Shown here in pieces: positions 34,740-49,250 of a stretch of 64,000 nt of DNA. Made by a program: the position numbers and the translations under genes. The notes under the pieces are model-generated. The model searched no databases and was not told where the DNA came from. It worked only from the letters and a program-made list of their open reading frames with translations. Origin of the DNA: Cetorhinus maximus (Eukaryota); the NCBI RefSeq assembly GCF_964194155.1, contig NC_135907.1, positions 21,080,001 through 21,144,000 on the forward strand, given 5' to 3'. How positions within the stretch are numbered: position 1 is the stretch's first letter; the number at the start of each line of letters is the position of its first letter.

Positions 34740-35847
34740 TTACACCCAGCATCAGATAAGAATCTGAGCTCCCCTTCAAGAGTTGGATTTTTTTTTTGCA
34801 CCTTCTAGTCAAGTGATACAATTGAGATTGATGGAATTACTGCATTAGACTGATGCACAGTAGGTGGGGAGTACCTGTCCACAATTGGCCAACCTCACTG
34901 CTGATCCCAGCCCCAAAACTGAACCCAGGAGGGACACCACAACAACCAATAGAGGTGAGGTCATTTGAACTGGCTCAAAGACAAGTTCCCATCAACTCCA
35001 CTTTACCCAAAAACCCACATTAAAACAGCTTACATGAGGGTCAGTGTTGCCAGAGGAGAGCTTGTGCAGATCCAGCAGACTCTGGTTCACATTCTTCTCA
35101 ATCTGCAGAGCTCTCTGCATTGCCTCCAGACCATTGGCCCAATCATCCTGCTCTGGCTTCTAAAAGAGGAAAGGCAGGCAGCTCATTTACAATGGATTAA
35201 TGAAAATACATGAGAAAGTACAAGAAAAACAGGGATGAAAAAGCAGGTAGAAGCTCAAATTACCAGAAACCAGCGTCAAAATCACAGGTTAATTTTTGGA
35301 TGTGGGAGTCATTGGCTAGGTCAGCATTTATTGTTCATCCCCAATTGCCTTGAGGGGGAAAGACCTTCTGTAGTCCATGTGGTGTAGGTACACAGCACCA
35401 CATTATTAAATTCAGAATAGCAGAATCAAGTTAAACCAAGAAGCATTAAAATAAAATTAGTCTAAGGGGATCAAGGCAGGCATTCACTCATTCCATTAAA
35501 CTCAACCTTGACATCCTCCAGGATGATCCAGCCTCCACGTTTATTCTGGAATTTCATCAGTTTCTCAGCGTGTTCCCGTTCCGCATGTGACTGCTCCTTG
35601 AAGGACTCAGCAAAGTGACGCAGGGCAACATCATCCCGGTCAAAGTAAGAGGACTGCAGGTAGAGACAAAAATGGAAAGGAAGAGTCAGAATTAGACCCA
35701 AATCTCAACCATGGCCAACTAAAGAAAAAGAAATGGCATCTAGGTCGATAAGTTACTATTCTCTACCTCAAACACCTTGTATTCAATTATAAAAACAGAA
35801 TTACCTGGAAAAACTCAGCAAGTCTGGCAGCATCGGCGGAGAAGAAA

Positions 35848-35890
35848 TCAGTCAACGTTTCGAGCCCTCATGGCCCTTCAGCAGAACTGA
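35848..35890 (-). ncRNA. Minimal hammerhead ribozyme-like motif (PLE 3' copy)
   Basis: TCAGTT-CTGCTGA-A-GGGCC-atgag-GGCTC-GAAAC-GTT-GACTGA on the element sense strand. Confidence 0.55.
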
Positions 35891-36237
35891 AGCATAGTTT
35901 CAACAAGGGAGAAATATAAATTGGTTTAAGGTGGGTGGGGGGGAAGAGACACATTGAGGGTGTGGTGTGAGCAGACAATCAAAAGATGTCAGAGACAAAA
36001 GGGTCAAAGAGGTGCCGAAGGTGGTGGTCTTTGTCTGAGAAAAGTGCTAACCAAGAATGCAAGACAGGACACCCAAAGTACAGCTCTAGTGGGGGTGGGG
36101 TGGAAAGACTAAAGGTTTTAGTTTTAGATTTAAAAATAATGGAAATAGGTGGGGAAAGAAGAATCTATATAGATTATTGAAAAAAAAGGTGGGTGGGGGG
36201 GGGAAAGAAACGGGGTGGGGATGGGGGGAGGGGGAGT

Positions 36238-38991
36238 TCAAGATCTAAAGTTGTTGAATTCAATATTCAGCCCAGAAGGCTGTAAAGTGCCTAGTCGGAA
36301 GATGAGGCGCTGCCCCCCCAGTCCGCGCTGGGCTTCACCGGAACAATGCAGCAAGCCAAGGACAGACACGTGGGCAAGAGAACAGGGCGGAGCGCTAAAA
36401 TGGCAAGCGACAGGGAGGTTTGGGTCTTTCCTGCGGACAGACCGCAGGTGCTCCGCAAAACGGTCGCCCAGCCTGCGCCCGGTCTCTCCAATGCAGAGGA
36501 GACCGCACCGGGAGCAACGAATGCAGTAGACCAAGTTAGGGGAAATGCAAGTGAAATGCTGCTTCACTTGAAAGGAGTGTTTGGGCCCTTGGACGGTGAG
36601 GAGAGAGGAAGCGAAGGGGCAGGTGTTGCATCTTCTGCGTGGGCATGGGGAGGCGCCATAAGTGGGGGTTGAGGAGTAGGGGGTGATGGAGGAGTGGACC
36701 AGGGTGCCCCGGAGGGAACGATCCCTACGGAATGCTGTCAAGGGGGGTGAAGGGAAGATGTGTTTGGTGGTGGCATCATGCTGGAGTTGGCGGAAATGGC
36801 GGAGGATGATCCTTTGAATGCGGAGGCTGGTGGGGTGATAAGCGAGGACAAGGGGGACCCTATCATGTCCCTGGGAAGGAGGAGAAGGCGTGAGGGAGGA
36901 CGCGCGGGATATGGGCCGGACACGGTTGAGGGCCCTGTCAACGACCGTGGATGGAAAACCTCGGCCAAGGAAGAAGGAGGACACGCCCGAGGAGCTGTCC
37001 CTGAAGGTAGCGTCATCAGAACAGATGCGACGGAGGCGAAGGAACTGAGAGAATGGGATGGAGTCTTTACAGGAAGCGGGGTGTGAGGAGCTGCAGCCGA
37101 GGCAGCCGTGGGAGTCGGCAGGCCCGCAATGGATATTGGTGGACAGTCTATCATCAGAAATTGAGACAGAGAGGTCAAGGAAGGGAAGAGAAGTGTCAGA
37201 GATGGACCATGTGAAGATGATGGAGGGGTGGAGATTGGAAGCAAAATTAATAAATTTTTCCAGGTCCCGACGAGAGCATGAAGCAGCACCGAAGTAATCA
37301 TCGATGTACCGGAGAAAGAGTTGTGGGAGGGGGCCGGAGTAGGACTGGAACAAGGAATGTTCCACATACCCCATAAAGAGACAGGCATAACTGGGGCCCA
37401 TGCGGGTACCCATAGCCACACCTTTTATTTGGAGGAAGTGAGAGGAGTTAAAGGAGAAATTGTTCAGTGTGAGAACAAGTTCAGCCAGACGGAGGAGAGT
37501 AGTGGTGGATGGGGATTGTTGGGGCCTCTGTTCAAGGAAGAAGCTAAGGGCCCTCAGACCATCCTGGTGGGGGATGGAGGTGTAGAGGGATTGGACATCC
37601 ATGGTGAAGAGGAAGCGGTTGGGGCCAGGGAACTGGAAATTGTTGATGTGACGTAAAGTGTCAGAGGAATCACGGATGTAGGTGGGAAGGGACTGGACAA
37701 GGGGAGAGAGAAGGGAGTCAAGATAATGAGAAATGAGTTCCGTGGGGCAGGAACAGGCTGACACGATCGGTCTGCCAGGACAGTTGTGTTTGTGGATTCT
37801 GGGTAGGAGGCAGAAGCGGGCCGTCCGAGGTTGGGCGACTATCAAGTTGGAAGCTGTGGGAGGAAGATCTCCAGAGGAGACGAGGTCAGCGACAGTCCTG
37901 GAAACAACGGCTTGATGTTCTGTGGTGGGGTCATGGTCCAGGGAGAGGCAGGAGGAAACGTCTGCGAGCTGACGCTCAGCCTCCGCGAGGTAGAGGTCAA
38001 TGCGCCAGACAACAACAGCACCACCCTTGTCAGCGGGTTTGATGACAATGTTGGGGTTGGACCTGAGAGAACGGAGTGCAGTGAGTTCAGAGAGAGACAG
38101 ATTAGAATGGGTGAGAGGAGCAGAGAAATTGAGACGGCTAATGTCACGCCGACAGTTCTCAATGAAAAGATCAAGAGAAGGTAAGAATCCAGAGGGAGGG
38201 GTCCAAGTGGAGGGAGAATATTGGAGGTGGGTAAAAGGATCCGTTGAACGGGGAGAGGACTCCTGCCCAAAGAAGTGAGCACGGAGACGAAGACGGCGGA
38301 AGAAGAGTTCAGCATCATGCCGAGCCCGAAATTCATTGAGATGAGGGCGTAAGGGTATGAAACTAAGTCCTTTGCTGAGCACTGAACGTTCAGCATCGGA
38401 GAGGGGAAGGTCAGGGGGTATAGTGAATACGCGGCTGGGGCTGGGATTGGAAGATGGGGTGAGGACGGAGGGACAAGCAGGGGTGGAGGGTCCCCGATGG
38501 GTGTTGGAGTCGATGAGTTGTTGGAGCTTGCGTTCCTTAGCACTTGAGAGAAAGAGAAAAAGTTTCTTGTTGAGGCGACGGATGAGGCGAAGAATAAAAT
38601 GAAACTGGGGGCACGCGCAGCTTTGAAAAAGGGTGCGGCGGTGCTGCTGGAGGGAGAGGTCAAGTGTGTTCATATGGCGGCGCATGGCACTGAGTGTGGA
38701 TCTCAGAATGCGACGGGAACAGCAGTCCGAGAAACGTTTTATGTCCCGGAGATACCTGTAATCCTGGGTGGGTTCGAAACAAGAGGGATGGAATTTCAGT
38801 TGAAATCCACGTGGGGTGAGTCGGAGACGGAGACAGTCACTGAGAAAGGAGATATGGCTGTGAAAGCGGGTTTTAGTAAACACCTTGTCAAACACCAGGA
38901 GAGAAATGGAAAGCAATGAAGGTGAGCAGGGCAGAAGAGACAGTCGGAAATCCTGTCGGAGGACAGAACCATACTTCTTCCAAGAGGGCAT
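36238..38991 (-). CDS. PLE (Neptune-like) reverse transcriptase / GIY-YIG endonuclease, 917 aa
   Basis: KPADKG, PGRPIVS, DVQSLYT, GVAMG, RYIDD RT motifs; CxxxxCxxC linker; VYCIRC...(Y>C)IGET...RFAEH...HF endonuclease motifs. Confidence 0.93.
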   Translation of the reverse strand: MPSWKKYGSVLRQDFRLSLLPCSPSLLSISLLVFDKVFTKTRFHSHISFLSDCLRLRLTPRGFQLKFHPSCFEPTQDYRYLRDIKRFSDCCSRRILRSTLSAMRRHMNTLDLSLQQHRRTLFQSCACPQFHFILRLIRRLNKKLFLFLSSAKERKLQQLIDSNTHRGPSTPACPSVLTPSSNPSPSRVFTIPPDLPLSDAERSVLSKGLSFIPLRPHLNEFRARHDAELFFRRLRLRAHFFGQESSPRSTDPFTHLQYSPSTWTPPSGFLPSLDLFIENCRRDISRLNFSAPLTHSNLSLSELTALRSLRSNPNIVIKPADKGGAVVVWRIDLYLAEAERQLADVSSCLSLDHDPTTEHQAVVSRTVADLVSSGDLPPTASNLIVAQPRTARFCLLPRIHKHNCPGRPIVSACSCPTELISHYLDSLLSPLVQSLPTYIRDSSDTLRHINNFQFPGPNRFLFTMDVQSLYTSIPHQDGLRALSFFLEQRPQQSPSTTTLLRLAELVLTLNNFSFNSSHFLQIKGVAMGTRMGPSYACLFMGYVEHSLFQSYSGPLPQLFLRYIDDYFGAASCSRRDLEKFINFASNLHPSIIFTWSISDTSLPFLDLSVSISDDRLSTNIHCGPADSHGCLGCSSSHPASCKDSIPFSQFLRLRRICSDDATFRDSSSGVSSFFLGRGFPSTVVDRALNRVRPISRASSLTPSPPSQGHDRVPLVLAYHPTSLRIQRIILRHFRQLQHDATTKHIFPSPPLTAFRRDRSLRGTLVHSSITPYSSTPTYGASPCPRRRCNTCPFASSLLTVQGPKHSFQVKQHFTCISPNLVYCIRCSRCGLLCIGETGRRLGDRFAEHLRSVRRKDPNLPVACHFSAPPCSLAHVSVLGLLHCSGEAQRGLGGQRLIFRLGTLQPSGLNIEFNNFRS

Positions 38992-39138
38992 TTTTTTGAA
39001 GAGAGGTGGCAGTCAATCAAACACAAAGATAAAAACAAAAAGCTAAAAGCTACTGCGGATGCTGGAAATCCAAAACAAAATAAAAACAGAATTACCTGGA
39101 AAAACTCAGCAAGTCTGGCAGCATCGGCGGAGAAGAAA

Positions 39139-39181
39139 TCAGTCAACGTTTCGAGCCCTCATGGCCCTTCAGCAGAACTGA
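39139..39181 (-). ncRNA. Minimal hammerhead ribozyme-like motif (pseudo-LTR copy, upstream of the ORF)
   Basis: Identical to 35848-35890. Confidence 0.55.
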
Positions 39182-41121
39182 AGCATAGTTTCAACAAGGG
39201 AGAAATATAAATTGGTTTAAGGTGGGTGGGGGGGAAGAGACACATTGAGGGTGTGGTGTGAGCAGACAATCAAAAGATGTCAGAGACAAAAGGGTCAAAG
39301 AGGTGCCGAAGGTGGTGGTCTTTGTCTGAGAAAAGTGCTAACCAAGAATGCAAGACAGGACACCCAAAGTACAGCTCTAGTGGGGGTGGGGTGGAAAGAC
39401 TAAAGGTTTTAGTTTTAGATTTAAAAATAATGGAAATAGGTGGGGAAAGAAGAATCTATATAGATTATTGAAAAAAAAGGTGGGTGGGGGGGGGAAAGAA
39501 ACGGGGTGGGGATGGGGGGAGGGGGAGTTCAAGATCTAAAGTTGTTGAATTCAATATTCAGCCCAGAAGGCTGTAAAGTGCCTAGTCGGAAGATGAGGCG
39601 CTGCCCCCGCATGGGCCCCAGTTATGCCTGTCTCTTTATGGGGTATGTGGAACATTCCTTGTTCCAGTCCTACTCCGGCCCCCTCCCACAACTCTTTCTC
39701 CGGTACATCGATGATTACTTCGGTGCTGCTTCATGCTCTCGTCGGGACCTGGAAAAATTTATTAATTTTGCTTCCAATCTCCACCCCTCCATCATCTTCA
39801 CATGGTCCATCTCTGACACTTCTCTTCCCTTCCTTGACCTCTCTGTCTCAATTTCTGATGATAGACTGTCCACCAATATCCATTGCGGGCCTGCCGACTC
39901 CCACGGCTGCCTCGGCTGCAGCTCCTCACACCCCGCTTCCTGTAAAGACTCCATCCCATTCTCTCAGTTCCTTCGCCTCCGTCGCATCTGTTCTGATGAC
40001 GCTACCTTCAGGGACAGCTCCTCGGGCGTGTCCTCCTTCTTCCTTGGCCGAGGTTTTCCATCCACGGTCGTTGACAGGGCCCTCAACCGTGTCCGGCCCA
40101 TATCCCGCGCGTCCTCCCTCACGCCTTCTCCTCCTTCCCAGGGACATGATAGGGTCCCCCTTGTCCTCGCTTATCACCCCACCAGCCTCCGCATTCAAAG
40201 GATCATCCTCCGCCATTTCCGCCAACTCCAGCATGATGCCACCACCAAACACATCTTCCCTTCACCCCCCTTGACAGCATTCCGTAGGGATCGTTCCCTC
40301 CGGGGCACCCTGGTCCACTCCTCCATCACCCCCTACTCCTCAACCCCCACTTATGGCGCCTCCCCATGCCCACGCAGAAGATGCAACACCTGCCCCTTCG
40401 CTTCCTCTCTCCTCACCGTCCAAGGGCCCAAACACTCCTTTCAAGTGAAGCAGCATTTCACTTGCATTTCCCCTAACTTGGTCTACTGCATTCGTTGCTC
40501 CCGGTGCGGTCTCCTCTGCATTGGAGAGACCGGGCGCAGGCTGGGCGACCGTTTTGCGGAGCACCTGCGGTCTGTCCGCAGGAAAGACCCAAACCTCCCT
40601 GTCGCTTGCCATTTTAGCGCTCCGCCCTGTTCTCTTGCCCACGTGTCTGTCCTTGGCTTGCTGCATTGTTCCGGTGAAGCCCAGCGCGGACTGGGGGGGC
40701 AGCGCCTCATCTTCCGACTAGGCACTTTACAGCCTTCTGGGCTGAATATTGAATTCAACAACTTTAGATCTTGAACTCCCCCTCCCCCCATCCCCACCCC
40801 GTTTCTTTCCCCCCCCCACCCACCTTTTTTTTCAATAATCTATATAGATTCTTCTTTCCCCACCTATTTCCATTATTTTTAAATCTAAAACTAAAACCTT
40901 TAGTCTTTCCACCCCACCCCCACTAGAGCTGTACTTTGGGTGTCCTGTCTTGCATTCTTGGTTAGCACTTTTCTCAGACAAAGACCACCACCTTCGGCAC
41001 CTCTTTGACCCTTTTGTCTCTGACATCTTTTGATTGTCTGCTCACACCACACCCTCAATGTGTCTCTTCCCCCCCACCCACCTTAAACCAATTTATATTT
41101 CTCCCTTGTTGAAACTATGCT

Positions 41122-41164
41122 TCAGTTCTGCTGAAGGGCCATGAGGGCTCGAAACGTTGACTGA
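41122..41164 (+). ncRNA. Minimal hammerhead ribozyme-like motif (inverted copy)
   Basis: Identical to 35848-35890 in opposite orientation. Confidence 0.55.
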
Positions 41165-43189
41165 TTTCTTCTCCGCCGATGCTGCCAGACTTGCTGAGTT
41201 TTTCCAGGTAATTCTGTTTTTATTTTGTTTTGGATTTCCAGCATCCGCAGTAGCTTTTAGCTTTTTGTTTGTATTCAATTATGCTTAGTTATTTAAAAAA
41301 GACTAAGAAGTCACTTCAAATCAAGTCCAAAGTCATTGTGTCATGCAGCCTAATTATAACGTGCACTGCAAGCTCAATATTGTGCTTCATCATACTCACT
41401 TGTACAGATGGTCATGGAATCTACCACAGGCAGAAAATGGGATAATTTGCTTAACTACCTACCGTTTAAATCTGGGTGTCAGAGATGAATGAAATAGCCA
41501 CCATTACGTTCAAAGACCTTCTACAACAGGTGGGCTGTAGACAAATCATTTCCTCACCTCCCAGAAACATACATATTCTCCTATAAATCCAGGATTAACA
41601 GCACCCTTTCAAACATTTAAGCGCACTTGAATTAACCCAGTAGGGATGCAGAATGAAAGCTAGCCATGAAGCTGTTACTGATTAAGCTTTGATTGCAATA
41701 CTGTATTAACATATTTCTTAATTACTCAACTTTAAATCATGGCCATATCTAGAAATAAGAGGAACATTGACACTGTCACTTTCATTAGGATTACTCATTT
41801 TAGTACACAACATGAGAGCTAAAAATTTCATTAGAAGTTCTAGTATAGAAAATGAAGTTACAAATTTACAATATTCAGAATGCTACAGCAACAAACTACA
41901 GGAGTTTATTATTGATCATAAAAGAGTAGAAAGAAATTGCATTATATTACAACTTTAAAAAAAACATTACATATGGACCAACAGGCTATTGAAATAGTTC
42001 AAAAAATATAAAACTCACCATGGAGAGGTAAACATAGGAGGAATAGAGCTCCAGGTTGATCTGCTTGTTAACAGCATCCTCACAATCCTCCGTGGTAGTT
42101 CTGACGCACTTAGGAAACCATTCTAACCTACTAAACCAACACAATTTTCTCCCAAGTTTTTACACTTAAGTTAGTGAGACCAAACCATCTTTAATACCAG
42201 GGCCGACATTCCAGCTGATGAGTAACTATTCCCAGTAACCAATCAGAACTCTATGCCCATCAGAGGCCCCCAATCAAAAATGAAATGCAGTGGAGGTGAT
42301 AATGTGGGACAGGGAACGTTTTGATTGGATGATTTGAGCAGACAAGTGCAAAATACTGGACAGGGGAAGCAAAAATAACCAATAACGTTCTTCATGAACA
42401 GGACTCTTTCCTAAAGTTAAACAGGAGACACTGTGTTACCCCAGTGTCATCAGGTCTTTGGCCACAGGATGCAGATGTTTTGGGATGGAGGGGGAGGGAG
42501 TGGTGCAAGTTTCAGTTGGAGGATCTGACTCGCTAGTCCTGACAAAATCAGCAATTTGTCATTCTAGGACTGCTTATGCTCATGGGGTTCCAGGTGGGGT
42601 TGGGGGTGGGGTGGAGGCCGGGGATGGGGGTGGGGTGGGGAGTGGTGTCACTCTGTTTGCCCGCTTCTCTCCCACAGTCTTGTCGACCTCTGGGCAGCCA
42701 GTAGAGAGAGCGTATGTGGCATTCACCAGTACATTTGATGCCATCCGCGGCCAGGCGGCATCTAGGATATAGAGTGTCTTGCAGACGTCAATAATAAGAT
42801 CCTGATTTACTAGGCAAGGTACCCTTTAGTTGTAATGACACTTATCCTCACATTGGCACCTATTTAGTTGACTGGATGATCCCATGTTAGGAGTGGCCTA
42901 AAAGCAAGATATTTCACTCCTGATCTTGGCCTTCTGGTGTAGAGGGAAACAGGAGGTTGGAGGACCTCCTCATGGTTCAGCCCCATGGGCTTGGCCTCCC
43001 ATAGGTCCAGCAGAGCGTAGTCGAGGGGATTGTTTAGCCTGGCTGCCCATGTCTCTTTTGTGGCTATGCCTGTGCCTGGGTGTACCTGGTCAGGTGGTAC
43101 ATAATGCCTATCTATAACTTGAGATTCCTGCGATCGATGGGCATCAGAGGGACTGAAACGTATAGGTAATAATGAACAGGAGGTTTTCC

Positions 43190-43905
43190 TTTATTCATTC
43201 ATAGGATGTGGGCGTCGCTGGCCGGGCCAGCATTTATTGCCCATCCCTAATTGCCCTCGAGAAAGTGGTGGTGAGCTGCCTTCTTGAACCGCTGCAGTCC
43301 ATGTAGTGTAGGCACACCCACAGTGCTGTTCGGGAGGGAGTTCCAGGATTTTGTCCCAACGACAGTGAAGGAACGGCCAATATTTTTCCAAGTCAGGATG
43401 GAATGGCTTGGAGGGGAGCTTCCAAGTGATTGTGTTCCCCTGTGTTCATTACCCTTGTCCTTCTAGATGGTAGTGGTCGTGGGTTTGGAAGGTGCTGTGT
43501 AAGGAACCTTGGTGAATTCCTGCAGTGCATCTTGTAGATGGTACACACTGCTGCTACTGTGAATCGGTGGTGGAAGGAGTGAATGTTTGTGGATGGGGCG
43601 CCAATCAAGTGGGCTGCTTTGTCCTGGATGATGTCAAGCTTCTTGAGTGTTGTTGGAGCTGCACTCATCCAGGCAAGTGGGGAGTATTCCATCACACTCC
43701 TGACTTGTGCCTGGTGGACAGGCTTTGGAGAGTCAGGAGGTGAGTTACTCGCTGCAGGATTCCGAGACTCTGACCTGCTTTCATTGCCACGGTATTTATA
43801 TGGCTGGTCCTGTTTTGTTTCTGATCAATGGTAATCCCCAGGATATTGATAGTGAGGGATTCAGTGATGGTAATGCCCTTGAATGTCAAGGGCGATGGTT
43901 AGATT
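43190..43905 (-). mobile_element. HER1-like LINE 3' fragment
   Basis: MMEYSPLAWMSAAPTTLKKLDIIQDKAAHLIG; tail gggcaattagggatgggcaataaatgctggcc on the minus strand. Confidence 0.75.
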
Positions 43906-44101
43906 TTCTCTGCGGAAAGGATCAATCAATAGTTCCCTCAGTACCAGTAATACTGGCCTTAACTAAAGTCTCTGGTGTCCATCTAGCTGTGGGCCTTGAG
44001 TGACAATTTGAAGTTCCTTTTCCACAGAGATTTGTCACGATTTGGAATGCACTACGTGGAGGAAGAAGATTTAGCAATACCTTGAAGAGGGAATTGAATA
44101 T

Positions 44102-44330
44102 TGTAGTAACTGTAGCTTTAAGGAATGTACTAACTGTAGCTTTAAGACTTATTGTATTGTGTAGTATCATGTGACAGTGAGTGAACCAGCCCCAAGCACC
44201 GGGAACCTTAGGGGTGGAGCTTGTACCTAGTTGTGGATCTTGATGGAAGCATGTAACTGCTGCTGAAGCCCTCTAAATAAAGTTCACTGTTTCTTATGAG
44301 GAGGTTGTCTGGAAAATCAGGTCAATAACA
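44102..44330 (+). mobile_element. Short solo LTR (229 bp)
   Basis: TGT...ACA ends, internal AATAAA, imperfect 5-bp TSD aatat/gatat; the empty site (gaattggatatatacatg) is seen in other spacer copies. Confidence 0.65.
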
Positions 44331-44789
44331 GATATATACATGAAAAGGTAAAGGATTGCAGGTGTAGGGGGAAGGAGCAAGGTAGTGGGACTAATGACTA
44401 GCTCTTTCAAACTGTCAGCACAGCCACCGTGGGGTAAATGGCCTCTTTCTGTGCTCAATGAATCAAGGATGAGCCAGAGAGGTAAAGAACATCCAAGTCT
44501 CATCATTTCAATCAGATTCAAATCATCTTCAGCCTCATTGAAAGTTGACCATTAAAGGACACATCTAATATACAACATTGATGGGCAGGAAAAGACCAGC
44601 TTCTCCATCAAGCTTGTCCCAAAACACACTGCAGCAAATGGAGACGTGTCTGTGGGTGACACTGGATTCAGTGATGTTCACTCCCTCTCACTCTCATATT
44701 TCCATTTCTCTGTCCAATGGTTGCTTTGAAAATTCCCTCACGATGTCTTGATTGCTTTGAATATTGTTTCAGCTTCACCGTTCCTGGCA

Positions 44790-45312
44790 AGGGGAAGAAG
44801 AGAGAAGTCAACGTTCTCCCCTTGATATTCACTAGCATTACCATCGCTGAATGCCCCATCATCAACATCCTGGGGGTCACATATTGACCAGAAACTGTAC
44901 TGGACTAGCCATATAAATACTGTTGCTACAAAAGCAGTTAAGCGGCTGGGAATTCTGTGGTGAGTAACTCACATCCTGACTCCCCAAAGCCTGTCCACCA
45001 TCTACACGAGTAAGGAGCATGATCGTACTCTCCACCTGTCTGGATGAGTGCTGCTTGATCAATATTCAAGAAGTTTGAAACCATCCAGAACAAAGCAGCC
45101 CCGCTTGATTATCACCCCATCCTCCACCTTAAACATTCATTCCCTCCACCACCGACGCACAGTGGCAGAAGCGTGTACCATCTACAAGATGCACTGCAGT
45201 AACTCACCAAGGCTCCTTCAACAGCACCTTCCAAACCCACAACCTCTACCACCGAGAAACACAAGGGCAGCAGATGCATGGGAACATCACCACTCGCAAG
45301 TTCCCCTCCAAG
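44790..45312 (+). mobile_element. HER1-like LINE fragment (same insertion as at about 11941)
   Basis: Same left junction (caaggggaa.aagagagaa) as at 11941; flanked by a duplicated 140-bp block. Confidence 0.7.
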
Positions 45313-45570
45313 TCTGTGGGTGACACTGGATTCAGTGATGTTCACTCCCTCTCACTCTCACATTTCCATTTCTCTGTCCAATGGTTGCTTTGAAAATTCC
45401 CTCACGACGACTTGATTGCTTTGAATATTGTTTCAGCTTCTCCGTTCCTGGCAAATAACAAACTTGTCCAGATTATGAAAAGCCACTTCAGCAAAAGTAA
45501 CAAATTATCATTAAATCAGAGCGTTAAACAACGAGACATTTTCACATTTGAAGAAGGTCAAGGAACCCAA

Positions 45571-46012
45571 AATAGGCCATTCGTCTCCTCGTGTCTGCAC
45601 CATTTGAAAAAAGAGAAAAATGAAACTAGCCACTCATTTTTAATCTCACCTTCCAGCACCCGGCCTATAGCCTTGCAGGCATTTCAGGCGCAGATCCAGG
45701 CACCTTTTAAATGAGTTGAGAATTTCAGCCTCAATCACCAATTCGGGCAGTGAATTCTAGACACCACCACCCTCTGAGTGAAAAACTTCTCCTCATGTCC
45801 CGTGTAATCTTTCTACCAATCACCTTAAATCTATGCCCCTTGATGATTGACCCCTCAGCTAGAGGAAACAAGTCTTTCCTGTCTACCCTATCTAGGCCTC
45901 CAATAATTTTGTACACCTCAATTAGGCCACCCCTCAGCTTCCCCTGCGCTTAGGAAAACAATCCTAGCCTGTCCAATCTTTCCTCATAGATGCAATTTTC
46001 AAGCCCTGGCAA
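45571..46012 (-). mobile_element. CR1-type LINE 3' fragment in the promoter of copy J
   Basis: Minus ORF YKIIGGLDRVDRKDLFPLAEGSIIKGHRFKV; interrupts ggaacccaaa|...|catcaaga of the conserved promoter. Confidence 0.8.
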
Positions 46013-46268
46013 CATCAAGATGAATCTCCCAAACCAGTTTGTATTCCGAAGCTCTGATTGGCTCTGGGTCGCACTCCTTCCCCCACACCTTTGTCAATTG
46101 GTGCCTGCATTCATGGCCGATTCCTGACTGGCTATCAGAGATTGTCAATTATTCGTGATGTCATTCCCTGTTTGAATGCAGGATGTCCCAGTTGTATAAA
46201 TACAAGAGCTTGTGTTAGAGAAGATCAGTACTAGATTTTTCTAGGTAACTGTAGCAGTAATATTGAAG

Positions 46269-49250
<2,982 letters not shown>

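Larger units (their letters stand above)
35791..41268 (-). mobile_element. Compound Penelope-like element insertion: full ORF, pseudo-LTR and inverted 5'-truncated copy
   Basis: Flanked by direct repeat ttgtattcaattat (35777-35790 and 41269-41282); 35791-36315 repeated directly at 39082-39606; 39607-41221 is the reverse complement of about 35791-37405. Confidence 0.93.

Noticed and set aside
36215-38919. Numerous overlapping alternative-frame and antisense ORFs in the PLE
   Set aside because: By-products of a GC-rich coding sequence; no independent motifs
39506-40774. 422-aa plus-strand ORF as an independent gene
   Set aside because: Chimeric read-through across the inversion junction: 34 antisense codons fused to the duplicated PLE C-terminus
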